A DNA stretch of 64,000 nucleotides from Scenedesmus sp. PABB004 (taxonomy: Eukaryota). Numbering within the stretch: the stretch's first letter is position 1; the number at the start of each line of letters is the position of its first letter. Where the stretch lies: NCBI GenBank assembly GCA_014905635.1, contig JABVCE010000035.1, positions 62,001 to 126,000 on the forward strand. Direction: 5' to 3'. The notes under the pieces were generated by a model. The model made no database searches and was not told the origin of the DNA. It saw only the letters and a list, made by a program, of their open reading frames with translations. A program made the translations under genes and the position numbers. Below are positions 13,468 through 26,076 of this stretch, piece by piece.

Positions 13468-14519
13468 ATGGCGGACGCGGGCGAGCGCTGCGGCACGACG
13501 CGGCCGAGCATGAAGACCAACGTTTTGATAGCAAAGACCGAGCTCGGCAAGGTGGGCGCCGGCGCGGCGCCAGCGACAGCCCGCTTGCTCCAGCGCGTCG
13601 GCAACCCGCGGCGCACGGCGCGCATGCGCGCTTGACCTGCGCAGGTCAAGCGCACGACCTTCAACGGGTCGCCGCCGGACAGCGTGTACGGCGCCGCCGC
13701 GGCGACGGACGCCGAGGGCGCGCGCGCGGGTGCGGGCGCGAGGGCCAGCGCGCCGCGCCGCCGCCGCCGCGCGCGCCCGCCGCCGCGCCCACGCGCGCCC
13801 GCCGCCGCGCCCACGCGCGCCCGCCGCCGCCGCCTGCGCGCAAAAAAACATCACCAGTCATCAGCAGCTGGCGCGAGCACAGCCCCAACCGCCACGCCAA
13901 GCCGGGCCCCGACATCAAAGCGATGAACCGGGCCGCCGCCGACAGCGGCCTGGTGAGCAGCACCCAGGTGCGCGGCTTCCGCGACGCCCACCCCGCCGTG
14001 CTGCGGGCGGGCGCGGAGGGCGTCGCGCGGCCGGCGCCGGCGCTGCCGTCGGACCGCGACCCGGGCCACGTCTACGGCCGCCCGCCCGGCTTCAGGCGCG
14101 GCGCGGCGCGCGGGGACCGGGGTCTGCAGCGCGCGCGGCGTGCGCATGGCAGCGGCCCACGTGCGCAGTCTCAGCCCCGGCGCCGCGCCGCGCGGGCGCG
14201 CAGGTCGGCGGAGGACTGCCGCAACTGCGGGCCCGCCGAGCCGCCGGTCAGGGCGCTTGTGCAGGGCAGCTACGCGCGCGAGTGGGTGGACCGCAACGTC
14301 GCGCGGCAGGACGAGCTCAACGAGCGCCGCGCCGCCATCCCGCCGGCGCCGACCGCCGCGAGCGAGGGCCACGCGCGCGGCGCGGCCGCGGTGCTCGCGC
14401 GCGCGCCGGCCGGCAGCCCCGAGCCGCCGGGCTGGAAGATGCCGCGCTTTGTGGCGCACGCGGCGCCCAAGGTCACTGCATTCATGGGCGCCGGCAGCCC
14501 GCAGCGCGGGCGCGGCTGA
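13468..14519 (+). CDS. CFAP77: Cilia/flagella-associated protein 77-like
   Basis: Spliced ..NVLIAKTELGK|VKRTTF..VYG..DAEGARA|VISSWREHSP..PDIKAMNRAA..VRGFR..HVYGRP..R|SAE..LVQGSYAREW..WKMPRF resembles FAP77 (recognised from memory). Confidence 0.72.
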
Positions 14520-14592
14520 TCAGCTCATGAGCACGCGGCGGCGGCGGCGGTGGCCGGGCAACGACACTGTCACAGGCGGCCGCGCGCAGCGA

Positions 14593-17500
14593 TCACGCGC
14601 CGCCCCCGCCGCCGCCCTCCTCGGCCGCCAGCACGGCGCGCAGCAGCCGCAGCACCGCCGCCTCGTCGCCCAGGTCCAGCGCCGCCAGCTGCGACAGCAG
14701 GGCCAGGTAGGCTCGGTCCCGCGCCTCCAGCTCCGGCAGCGCCAGCCGGCCCACTGCCGGCACGCGCGGGCAGAGCAGGCGGCGGCTCGAGCGGGGCGGG
14801 CGCGGCACCCCCGGCCGGCGTGCAACCCCCGCCGCTGCCGCGCCGCACCCGGCTCGCCCGCTTGCTGCAGCGCCAGAACGTCCGCCGCGCGCATCAGCAC
14901 CGCGTCGTCCACGCCGCACATGCGCGCGCAGTGCAGCTGCGGGCGCGGCGGCACGGGCGGGGGCTGGCCCGCTGGCACCGCGGCCGCCTCGCGGCGCCAC
15001 GGCCAGCCGCGCGGGCGCCGGCGCGGCGCAGCGCGCACCCCGTAGCTGGGCGCCACGTGGCCCTGGGCCAGCTTGTAGAGGAACACGTGATCCTGGTCAA
15101 ACGCCGCCGCCGCCGCCGCCGCTGTCTCCGTCGCTGCATCGTCGCCCGGCTCAAACGGCGCGCCCGCCGCGCGGCCGCCGACCAGCACCTGCGCGGTGGC
15201 CGCGGCTCGCCCGCCGCCGCGAGCCGCACGCCGCGCGCCCCGCGCACCCCGCGCCCGCGGGCCCCCCACCTGCATCGTGCAGTGCCGCAGCGCGCCGCCG
15301 CCCGGCAGCAGCCCCGGCGCGAGCAGCTCGCTGAAGTGCGTGCACGCGAGCAGCAGCGGCGGCGCCGGCTGCGCCGCAAAGTGCCCCAGCACCGCCGCAA
15401 GCAGGCCGACGCCGTCCGAGGTCAGCGTGCCCTTCCCGAACTCGTCCAGCAGCACCAGCGAGCGCGGCATCGCGCGCGAGAGGATGGTGGAGACCTGCGC
15501 GAAGAGCGCCGCCGGGCCCCGCCGCGCCGCGCCGCACGTCGGCCGGTCGGCCGGCCAGCGCAGCGGCGGCCGCGCTTCGAACCGCAGCGAATTCGCTGCG
15601 GCGGATTCGAGTCCGCCGCCCACCTGGCCCAGGTCTGCCATGAAGCTGCTGGTCTTGCCGCCCACGCTTTCGGCGCCGGGCAGGCGCGCGAGGATGCGGT
15701 CGGTTAGGCCCACGACGGCGCGCGACGCGGGCACAAAGCTGCCCACGTGGGCGAGGTACACGATCAGCGCGACCTGGCGGGCGGTCACGTGAGGCGCGGC
15801 GGGTGGAGGGCGGCGTGGTGGTGCGGCGGGCGCGGGCGCGGGCGGGCGCGCGGCGGGCCGGCCGCAAGCAGGCCGCGCACGGCGGCGCCGCGCCGCCCCG
15901 TTCAGAGCCGCCCCGCGGCGCGCTTGCGCCTGCGCCCCCTCCCTCCCTGACCTCCTCCCGCGCCGGCGCGCCTGCTTCATGTACACCGACTTGCCCGAGG
16001 CGTTGGGCCCCGTTATGAGCAGCATGCGCGGCGCGCCGCCGCCGCCGCCGCGGCCGTCCGCGCCCAGGCCGCCGTCCGCGGCGCCCAGGCCGCCGTCCGC
16101 GCCCAGGCCGCCGTCCGCGGCGCCGCCGCTGCCTGCGCCGCCGCCGCCGCCGCCGCCTGGGCCGCCGCCGCCGCACGCGGGTGCGCCCAGGTGCGTGTCG
16201 TTGGGGATGAAGCGCTCCGGCGCGAGCAGCTCGCTCAGCGGGTGCCGGCCTGCACGCCAGGGCGCACACGCGGCGCGCGGCGAAGCGTGACGGCAGCGGC
16301 GCGGGCAGTCGCGGCCAGTCAGCCGGCCGCGCGCCCGCGCGCGCTCCCTCCCTCGCTCCCCCGCGCGCGCTCACCGCCCTCGATGATGATCTGGCTCTCC
16401 CGCGTGAGCGTGGGCCGCGCGTAGCCGAGCTCGTGCGCCGCGGCGCCGAGGCTGACCAGCGCGTCGAGCTCGGCGACCGCGCCCGCCGCCGCCGACAGCG
16501 CGCCGCTCGAGGCCAGCAGGCGCTTGACGAGCTCCGTCGCAATGCTGCTCTGCGCGGCGGGGCGGGCGGGACGGTGGCGGCGCGGGGGCGCGGCGGCGGT
16601 CGGCCGCGCCGCCGGCGGCGAGCCCGTGAGGGCGTTCACCGGTGCCACCGCGGGGGCCGCGCGTGCCGGCGCGCGCGCCGCGCGCGCGCGCCCAGCGTGC
16701 GCGCCTCGAGGTCGGTGATCTTGTGCTGCAGGTCGCCGTAGCGGGCGTCGAGCGCGCGCGTCGCGGCGGCGCGATAGTACGCGCTGCCCGGCTCCAGCGC
16801 CGGGTGCGGGTCCTCGGCCGCCGCGCCGCCCGCGCCCCCGCCGCCGCCACCGCCCGGCGGCTGCGGGGGCGGCGGCGGGCCGTCCTCTCCCATGAAGGCC
16901 AGCTCGTAGTCGGGCAGCAGCTCGGCCAGCTCCTCGCCCAGGCGGCCGCCAGTCACGCACATGACGAACCCCACCTGTGGCGGGGCGGGCGCGGCGGACG
17001 CGGCGGCAGATCTAGGTATGGGCGCGGCGGCGGTGCAGCGGCGAAGGCGGTGACGGGTGCGGAGTGGCGGCGGGTGCGCAGGCAGGCAGGCCGGGTGCGC
17101 GGGCGTGCAGCCTCGGGCCGGGCGTGGGCGCGCGGCGCGCACGGCGCGCGCCTGTGGGATGTATACGACCGACCAGAGGTGCCGCGCGTAGCGCCGCGCG
17201 ACGTGCGGCGGCACGCGGCGCAGCTCCGACTCCACCACCTGCACACGGCGCGCCGCAGCGCGCCGCGCGGCGGCAGGTCGGCCGTCTCGCCCGCCGGCCG
17301 CCGCGGCGCGGGCGAGCTCGAGCATGGCACGGCCGCGGGCGGGTGAGGCCGCCGCGCCTGCGTGAGCAGCTCCGGCAGCGCCGCGTGCTGGGCTTTGAGG
17401 GCGTCGAGCGGCGCGCACACGCCCGGCTGCACGGGGCAGCCCTCGGCGGGGCAGGAGAAGTCCAGCACGTCGTGGATGAGCGTGGCACCTGGCCGAGGGC

Positions 17501-19891
17501 ACGGCGGGCGCGCGCACGCGCGCACATGCGGGCGCGTGTGGGCGAGGTGACGCACGCACACGCGCGCGCGCGGCGGCCAAGCTTGAGCTGCGGAGCGCGC
17601 GGGCGCGCGCGCAGGCGCGCTCACACGCGCCCAGCTCCGGGCTGACCGCGCCCAGCAGCCGGCGCGTGATGGACAGCCGGTCCCAGGGGCCCGCTGCCGG
17701 CACGGCTGGCGCGCTGGCGCCCGCCCCGGCGCCCGCCTCAGCGCCTGCGCCCTCGCCCCAGCTCCAGTCGTCGTCGCCCAGGCTGCCGTCCAGCTGCAGC
17801 CACGCGGGCAGGCCGTCCTGCGGGCGGGCGCGGGCGTCGGGCGCGGCCAAGCGCGCCGCGCGGCCGTCCTGCGAGCGTGCCGCAGCTTGCACCAACCTGC
17901 TCCGTGCGCTGCCTGCTCTGTCGCCGCCGCCCCAGCATCTGCTCCTGCTGCTGCTGCCGCTGCTGCACGTCGCCGCCGCAAGGCGCGGCCGCGGCCGCGG
18001 CGGCCGCGGGGGCGAGGGCCGCCAGCATCTGGCGCAGTGCTCCCAGCTGAGCAATGCTGTCGACGAGCTGCTTGAAGGCGGCCAGCTGCGGGCGCGCCTG
18101 GCACAGCCGCAGGCGCGCCAGCAGGCGCGGCACGTCCTGCACGGGCTTCATCGCCCCCCGCAGCGCGTCGACCGTGCTCGGCGCCGCGACCAGCAGCTCC
18201 AGCGTGTCGTGCCTGCGGCCCAGGCGCGCCGCGCGGGCGCGCGGCTTGGCGGGGTCGCGCGGCGTGCGCGGCGCACCGGCCCCCCGCCGCCTGCGAACCG
18301 CGCCGCGCGCGCCTGTCCGCCAGCACCTCCAGCTGCGCCATGGGCCGCAGGAACCACGAGCGCAGCAGGCGCTTGCCCTGCGGGCGCGCGCGGCGCCGCC
18401 GTCGCCGGGCCCGCGCCGCCGGCCTGCCCGCGCGGGCCGGCGGCGGCTCGGGCGCCGCCGCGCGCACCATGCCCGTGACGCAGCGCTGTAGCAGCCCGTA
18501 CACGCTCACGCCCTCCTTGCTCACGCCGATGCCCATCGCGCTGGGGTGGGGCTGCTCCTTGAACACATCCAGCGCCGCCAGGGTGGGGCCGTCGATGAGC
18601 AGCGCGCTGCGCCGGCGCCGGCGGCGGCAGCGGCGGCGCAGCGTGAGCGCGCGCTGTGGCTGCGCCGCGGCACAAGCGCGCGTGCGCGGCGCGGCGCGGC
18701 CGCGCACCCCTCCAGGCTCATCTCTCGCACGCCGTCCACCAGCAGCACCGCCTCGCCGCCTGGCTCCTCCTCCTCCTGCCCCAGGCGCGGCGGCGGGCGG
18801 GCGGCGGCGGCGGTGGCAGCGTCGGGCGCACGCGCGCGCGCCGGGCCGCCGGCGCGGCGGCCGCGCGCACCTGCTGCTGCAGCAGCACCGCCACCAGCGC
18901 GCCCAGCGCCGCGACCTGCTGATGCGCCGACAGGTCGATCAGCGCCGGCACGCCCCCGCCGCCGCCGCCGCCGCCGCCGCCGGGCGGCGCCGGCTGCGCC
19001 TGCCGCACCGCCACCGCGCCGAGCATCTTTAGCGCCTGCGGGCCGCCGCCGCCGCGTGGCGGCGCAGCGCGTGCGGCGCCCCCCGGGATCACCGGCGTGC
19101 CGACAGCCGCTCGGTCGGGCAGTCGCCGCGGCGTCCTGCAAGCGTCGCCGCCGCCGTACCTTGTCGTACGTGAACATGGAGGGCCGCTGCAGCTGCACGA
19201 CCGGCTCAGCGCCGCCGCCCTCGTCCCCGTCGTCGCCGCCGGCCGCCGCCGCGGCCGCCGCCGCCGCCGCGGGCGCGCGCGCCGCGTCGAGCAGCGCGGC
19301 CTCGGCCGTCGCCGGCAGCACCAGCACCTGCGGCGCGACCTGGAGCTTGATGTACTGCAGCAGCGCAAAGGCGCAGGGCCCCCGCCCCTCCTCGGCGACC
19401 TGCAGCACCGACAGCTGCACGGGCGCGGGCGCGCAGCGTGCAGCATGCGGCGCGCGCAGCGCCGTGAGACGCGCGGCCAGCCTCGCCGGCCCGTGCAGCG
19501 GGCTGCGCGCGCGGCACGCGCGTGCCTCATTGGCGACGCGGTCGTACGCCGCCACGCCCAGCTGGCCGGCCTTGAACGCGCACGCCAGCCAGCGGCAGGG
19601 CGGCAGCGCCGCGGCGGCACAGCCGGGCGGGCGCGGCGCCACGTGAGGGGCGCCGCGCGCGTCTGCTGGCCCGCCGCCGTGCCCTGCTGCTGCCAGCGTC
19701 GACCAGGGCAGTGGCGAGGCGGCGCCGCCAGGGTGCTGGCCGTCTGCGGCGAGGCGCAGCGCGCGGCGCAGCAGCGGCGGGCGTCGCGCCGCGCCGCCCC
19801 CGCCGAGCGGCAGAGCGAGCCAGCGCGCACAGCCCCCACCTGGTGCGAACAGGCGCGCCCGCTGGGGCGGGCGGGCGAAGGCGTCCTCCAT
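14593..19891 (-). CDS. MSH5: MutS homologue 5 (meiotic crossover factor)
   Basis: Walker A ITGPNASGKSVYMKQ|VALIVYLAHVGSFVPA; MSH5-type LLDEFGKGT; CTHF; ALDVFKEQPHPS..KEGVSVYGLL; no mismatch-binding domain I evident. The start codon is tentative. Confidence 0.92.
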
Positions 19892-20267
19892 CGGAGCGGC
19901 GCCGAGCGGCCGGTGCGGTGCCGCGCAGCGGCAGCGCGCGGCGACGACTCCTCGCCCACGCGCGAGCTGCTGGCCACGGGCCGGATCGAACGGGCAATGG
20001 ACAGTCTCCCCAGCGACGGACGCGATCTGGCGGCGCGGGGGGCGGCGCGACGCCGGTCACACACCGTTCGAACGACGGCCGCCGCGGTTCAGGGTTCACG
20101 CCAGGCGACGGAGGCCTGGCACTTGTTCTGTTCTCCCTTTCCCAGTGGCCACATGCGTGTAGCACAGTTCTGCCATGTTCCAGTGGCCATGCGTTCAGCG
20201 CTGCCAACGTTCCGTGCAATGTTGTAACAACAGAAAAGCGAGCGGCAAGGCCGGCGCGCCGGCGCGC

Positions 20268-22055
20268 TCAGCGCCAGCAGTCGCCCGGCTCGCCGCGCCC
20301 GTTGTCCTTGGCCGCCACGCACGACTCGCACGCCGCCGCGCTGCCGGCGCTCATGCGGCTCGGCACCCAGCAATGAGAGCAATGAATGGCGACCGCCGCG
20401 CTCACGCGCCCCGCGCAGGCGAAGCACTTGGCCGCCGCGGCGGGGCTACCGGCGCGATAGCATTGCCAACACGCTGACGCCGCGTCGAGGCTGCGCGCCC
20501 CAGCAAGGCACTTGTAAAAGCTGGTGACCTCGGACATGGTCAAGGCTGCCGCGTCCAGGTTTGCGCAATAACTCGCGGCCGCGCCCGCCGGCGCCGCGGC
20601 CGCGCAGCCGTGGCAGGCGGCCCGCAGCGAGGCCGGCACCGCGCCGCCCGCAGCGCTGCACGCGCCGCAGGTGGCGCCCGCCTCGGACGAGCGCGCCTTG
20701 GCGATGCAGGAGAGGCACGCGGCCCGGTCGGCGCCGCGCACGTCGGCCGCGTGGCAGCCGGCGCAGCCGTCGGCGGCGGGCGCGGGGCGCGCGGAGACGC
20801 AGGCCAGGCACGCGCCGCGCTCGGCGGCGGGCACGACGAAGGTCTGGAAGCACCGCGCGCACGCGACCGCCTTGGCGCCGCCGCCGGCGCAGCCGAAGCA
20901 CTGCGCCACGGCGCGCAGGTTGGGCGCGGACGGCCTGCTTGCCGCGCGCTTGTTCAGGCAGTCCGCGTCGTCGCAGTCGACATCCAGGCAGCGCCGGCAC
21001 TCGTCGCCGCCGCGGCCCGCGGCGCACTGGACGCACGCGTCGCGCGCGGCGCCGGCGGGGAGCGAGGCGCACGTCGCGCACGTGTCGCGGCCGTCGAGGC
21101 GCTTGGCGGCCGCGATGCACGAGAGGCAGACCGCCGGCGCGGAGGTCGCGAGGCACGCGCTGCAGCTCTTGGCCGACAGGCCCGCCGGGCAGCGCGCGTC
21201 GGCGAGCTTGGGTTTGGGCACGACGCCCGACACCCAGCCGTCAGCCGCGTCTGACGGCGGGTGGGCATGCCGGGGGCGGGGGCCGGGGGCGGGGCGAGTG
21301 CGCGGGCGGCCGTGGGCGTCGCCGCCGCGAGATGGCGCGCGCGCGGCGCGCGGCGCCGCCGACTGCCCGCCCGCAGCCCCCCAGCCGCGCCGCGCACGCA
21401 CTCGTGCTCGTCACGGGCGGGTTGCGCGTGTCGCGAACGACCTTCAGCGAGCACGTGCCGAAGCGCCAGCGGTCCGGCTGGCCGCTCGCGCAGCCGCCCC
21501 AGTTGCCCCAGAAGCGGTGCGGCAGCGCGTCGCCGTAGTTGAGGGGCACCTTGAATTGCTTGCCGTACGTGCTGCAGCCGCTGCCGCAGCCCTCCTTCTT
21601 GGTGCAGACGACCCACGCGTTGCAGCCGTCGGCCTCCGCGCAGCGCTCGCAGCAGGTGGCGGGGATCGAGGGGTTGCAGCCCTGGCACGAGGTCTCACCG
21701 TAGCTGTCGGCGTCGAGCACGATAAGCTCTCCGCCCAGGTTGCGCGGCGCGGCGTTGCAGGACGCCGGCGCGCACGAGCGCCTCGTTGCGCCCCAGTAGT
21801 CGCGCAGCTCGCCGCAGGCCCAGGCTGCGGCGGCGGCGCGGGTGCGCGGGGGCGGGTGAGGGGGCGGGCGCGGGTCGCGGCGGGGGCGGCAGCAGCAGCT
21901 GGCGGCCAGCTCCCGGCCAGCTCCTGCGCGGCCGCCCAGGCTCCAGCGGGCATACCAGGGCAAAGATCCGCCATACGCGCACCTGGGGGCTCCGCGACCG
22001 CGAGCGGCGCGGCCAGGGCGAGCTGCAGCAGGGCGCAGAGAGCGAGCAGGCGCAT
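20268..22055 (-). CDS. Secreted Cys-rich protein: signal peptide, PAN/apple-like domain and CxxC repeats
   Basis: MRLLALCALLQLALAAPLAVA signal; exon 2 has CCERCAEADGCNAWVVC..CSLK; exon 3 has GWVSG followed by 16 CxxC motifs. Confidence 0.75.
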
Positions 22056-22446
22056 CCTGCTGCGCCTGGCAGCTCCGGGCGGGCGGCGAGGGGGCGAGAA
22101 GGCACTCTGACCACCACGTGAGAGCCTGAAGCGCGAGCGGCGAGCTTGAAGCGGTGGCGCAGCTGCTGCGGGCTGCCGTAGAGATGACCGCCCGCGCTGC
22201 TTGCGGTGCCCCGCGCGCTCGCGACGAAGCCGAGAGAGAGCCGTGATTAGGAAACGGACAGCACGCGACGCGCGCGCGAGCTGATCGCTCAGCTGGGCGG
22301 CGGCGGCGGCTCAGCGACGATCGGGGCCCTGGCCGCGGGTGCCGCCGCGCGCGGCCTGCGCAGCTGCCGCGCGGCTCGGCAGGTGGGTGCCTTGTCGCAT
22401 CCGGCAGAGGCTCTTGGTCACCCCCAGCATCGTCACGCCGCCATCA

Positions 22447-24002
22447 TCACGCGCCGCCGCCCAGCCCCGCCGGCGCGACGGTGATGCGGCAGCAGCCGTC
22501 GCCGCGCGCGATGCACGCGGGCAGCTCCGCGTCCACGCCCTTGTACGCGCCGAGCCAGCGCAGGTTGTGCTGGCAGCAGAAGAAGCGCTGCAGCTGCGGC
22601 GCGCCCTCCGCGGCGAGCACCTCGGCGATCATGCACGCGTCGACCGTCAGCGCCGCGCCGCCCTGCCACTCGGACGCTGTGTGGTGCTGCGCCGCCTCGC
22701 GCTCCGCCGCCGCCTCGGGGTCCTCCGCCTGCGCCACGGGCGCGGGCGCCCCCGGCGCGCCGCCGCCCCCGGCCGCGCCGCCGCCCGCGTCCGCCACGTC
22801 CGCCGCCGCCGCGGCCGCCTCGCCGTCGTCGTCGCTGTCGCCGGCGGCGCTGAGCGGCTGCACGCTGCAGTGGCACGCGCCCTCCATGTCCTGCGCGGCG
22901 TGCGGCGCACCGCGGCGGTCGGCCCCGCGCGGCGCACCGCCGGCAAGCAACCACGCCCCCGCCGCGCCCGCGCCGCGCCCGCGCCGTGCCGCGCCGCCGC
23001 GCCCGCGCCGCGCCGCGCCGCTGCGCCGCGCCGCCGCACCCGCGCGATCGTGTGCAGCGTGTCGACCGCCTGCGACACCGCGCTCTCGCGCAGCAGCAGG
23101 CGCTTGGCCCACGCGCTGAGCTTGAGGCCGCCGAGCATGAAGGACGAGTACACGCCGCCGAGGTTGAACCCAATGAACTCCTCAATCGCCGGCGCCGCGT
23201 CCTGCAAGCGGCGGCGGCGTGCGCGTGTGGTTGGCTGTTTGCTTTTTGTCGGGCACGGGCGGCGGGGCGGTGCGGGCGCGCTTGCAGCGAGGCCGCGCAA
23301 GGGGGGGGGGGAGACGCGGCGCGCGCACCGGCGCCTGTGCCGCGAGCACGCGGTGCGTCGCGACGGCAAGGCACGCCTGCTTGAGGTGGCTCCGCCCGCG
23401 GTGGCTCAGCTCCCGCCCCGCCGCCGCGCGCTGCAGCGTGGCCAGGTACTCCTCGCGCACGCGCTCCACCACGCCCGCCTGCGCGTCGTCCTGCGGCGGC
23501 GCGGCGCGGCGCGGCGTGCGGCGCGCGGGGGGCTCGCCTGGCGCTGCGCCCGCGTGCACGCCTGCTCGGCCCGCCGCCACTGCCACCGCCGCCGCCGCCG
23601 CACCTCTGTCACGGGGAACTTCTTGGTCGCCGCCCACATCTTTAGCTGCCCCGCCACGCCCTTGAGCCAGAGCTCCTCCATGTCCAGCACGCTGGTCAGG
23701 AAGGCCTTGGATACCTGCTGCGCCTGCTCGTTCGGCGTCAGCGGCCGCTGCTCGCCGCCGCTGCCAAACGCGCGCGCCGCGGCGGCGAACGCGCCGAACG
23801 CCGCGCACGCGGCGCCGGCAGCGGCAGGGCGCCGCGCGAGCGCCGCCGCGGCGGCGCGCGTGGCGGCCTGCGCGGCGGCGGCAGCGGCGGCGGTGGCGGC
23901 GGCGCGTTCGTGCGTGGGCGCCGGGGCGTGGCGCTACCGCAGGTGCGTGCGCTCCGCGCCACCGGCTGCTCCACCACCAGGGGCCCGCACCTGGAGGCTC
24001 AT
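22447..24002 (-). CDS. Organelle-targeted protein with C-terminal ATC-hydrolase/V4R-like Cys-containing domain
   Basis: Exon 1 MSLQ (24002-23991), GT-AG intron to 23868, then Ala/Arg presequence-like AATRAAAAALARRP..RAFGS; C-terminus ACMIAEVL..EGAPQLQRFFCCQHN..ACIARGDGCCRITV. Confidence 0.65.
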
Positions 24003-24009
24003 GCTGCGC

Positions 24010-24304
24010 CTACTCGGTCTCCGGCGCCGCCTGCTTCGCGGCGGGGGGCTCGGCTGCCGCTGCTGCTGCTGCCGCCGCCGGCTGCCGGCTGGGCACGCGC
24101 ACGATGGCGGGCTTGCGCTTGACGAAGCCGGCGTAGAACTTGTCCAGCACCTGCGGTAGAGCGGGAAACGAACGCGTCGGCTCGCTGCTGCTCCCGGGCA
24201 TCGAGCCTTCCCCCGGCACGAGCCGCCCGCTCCGTGCCGCTACCGCACACCTTCTGCTCTTCGGCACACCAAGACTGGAGGCCGGGCATGCAGTTGGCGC
24301 ACAT
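24010..24304 (-). CDS. Small 64-aa spliced ORF immediately upstream of the previous gene
   Basis: Exon 24304-24251 (MCANCMPGLQSWCAEEQK), GT..CAG intron 24250-24151, exon 24150-24010 (VLDKFYAGFVKRKPAIVRVP..ETE TAG); frame is preserved across the intron. Confidence 0.6.
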
Positions 24305-24805
24305 GCAAAGCGGCGGCGCGCGGCGGGCGCGGCGGCGGGCGGCGGAGGGCGCCGCTGCTGCTGCCGGCGGTCGCCGGTCGCCCTCGGTCGCGGCGGCTGG
24401 AGTTCTGCCGGGCTGGCGGTGGGAGGTGAGATGGGCGCGGCCTACACTTATTGCTGGCGGACCGCGCGCCGGGCCGGGCGGACCGCGGCGGACGTCGGAA
24501 GTCGAACCTGTCGAACCACCTCACGACCGAGCACACGGGCAGCTCTTGGCGGCGCAGGGTGGCCCGCGCGCCGCCGCCCGACGCCCCGCCCCGCCTTAGC
24601 GCGCCTCAGCGCGTGCAGCTGGGGGACCGCGGGCCCCAGGTCACGGAACGCACAGGGCGCCGCGCCGGCCGGCCAGCGGACGGCGGAGGTGCTGGGGCGG
24701 CTGCGAGCTGCCTCGAGGCGCTCACCACGAACTGCGAGCGGCGCGCCGGGTCAGAGAATGCCAGAACCACGCAAAAAGGCGTCGCAGATGTCGCTGGGCG
24801 GCTGA

Positions 24806-25178
24806 GGCGGGCGCAGCAGCAGCCTGCGCGGTGGCGGGCGCAGCAGCAGCCTGCGCGGTGGCGTGCCGTCCTGGGCAAGACGTTAAAAGGCTGCCCGTCC
24901 TGGGCAGGACATTAAAAGGCCCGCCCACGTTGAGTTGTGCACCCTGCGCCACGCACGCCTGAGTTGACACGGTGGCGGGCCACCACATGGCAGGCGCTCG
25001 CCGCCAACCGCCCAGTGGTGCCGGGTCTCCCGCGCATCACCCTGGCTCAGTGGGCTTGTCCCCTGAAGCCGTGCACTGCCCCCGCGGGAGGAGGCGGGAG
25101 GGAGGGGGAGTGCGGTTGCAGCTGCGGTCCGACCGAGGTCCGACCGAGGTCCGACCGTCTCGCTGTAACGCTCGTTAC
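24806..25178. repeat. Cluster of short direct duplications and a palindrome in a gene-free interval
   Basis: 27-nt x2 (24806-24859), ~29-nt x2 (24866-24924), GGTCCGACCGA x~3 (25126-25157) and GTAACG-ct-CGTTAC (25165-25178). Confidence 0.8.
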
Positions 25179-26076
25179 GTTCTCGCGGCGCTGCGCGCTC
25201 GACACCCAGACCGCTCGCGTGCGGGCAAAAAGCGCATTGATCAGGCGCCGTCAAATCAAACGTCAACAGCTGCTGCACGCCGGTCCGCGAGTCGCGCGCC
25301 CGCGCCGCCGCCGGCCGCGCCGCCGTCCGGGCGGCGCGCTCTTGCAGCGCGCGCGGTCCGGGCGCGGCAAGCGGGCGGCGGCGCGGGGCTGCGGTGCAAA
25401 CGGAGAAGCCACTCCTGCGTCGCCGGCAGCGCCCCCCGTGCAGGGGCAGAGTTGGTGGTGGTGCGCGCGCTGGGCCCGCGCCCGGGCGCCGCAGGAGTCA
25501 AAAGGGTCAGAGGTCAGAGAGTCAGAGAGTGAGAGAGGGCCGCGCAAGGCATGTGCATGGGCAGCACAAGGGCGCCGCCGCTCCCCGAGGCGCGCGGCCG
25601 TCCGCCACTCATCGTGCAGCGGGCGACAGGCTGCACAGGCTGCACACGTGCGTTGACCCGCGCGCGGCAGCCCAGCCCACCACAGCAGAGCACAGGCGCG
25701 CTGCCCACCGGCCGGCCCAAGAACGCCCCCGTCCCCCACCCGGCCCACCGCCCGCGCCCCCACGTCCCCAGCATCATGCGGCAGCAGGATCACGCGCAGC
25801 TGATCAACTGCCGATGCCGATGCCGACGCCGCCATCGCCGCCCAGGGCCCAGCGGGCAGCAGCCCGGCCGGCCCCGGGGCGTCACACCATCGCTGCGCAC
25901 CATGTGTGATGCGGCCGTGCACGTGGTGCGAGGCCATGCAATGCGCCGCGCGCGGGGCGCGGCCAAGCCCCCAGTTTTCGTGCGCACACATCGTGTGCGG
26001 CTGGCGCACCACCCACAGTGCGTATGTGCATAGATTACCTGCCTGTGCCACAGTGTTGGTTCGGCGCGGCGCGCGC

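Noticed and set aside
20268..21250. CxxC array as a multiheme cytochrome c
   Set aside because: Only one motif is followed by His (CAGCH); the rest lack the CxxCH ligand.
24806..25157. Short direct repeats as a CRISPR array
   Set aside because: Only 2-3 adjacent copies, no unique spacers, no cas genes, and a eukaryotic context.
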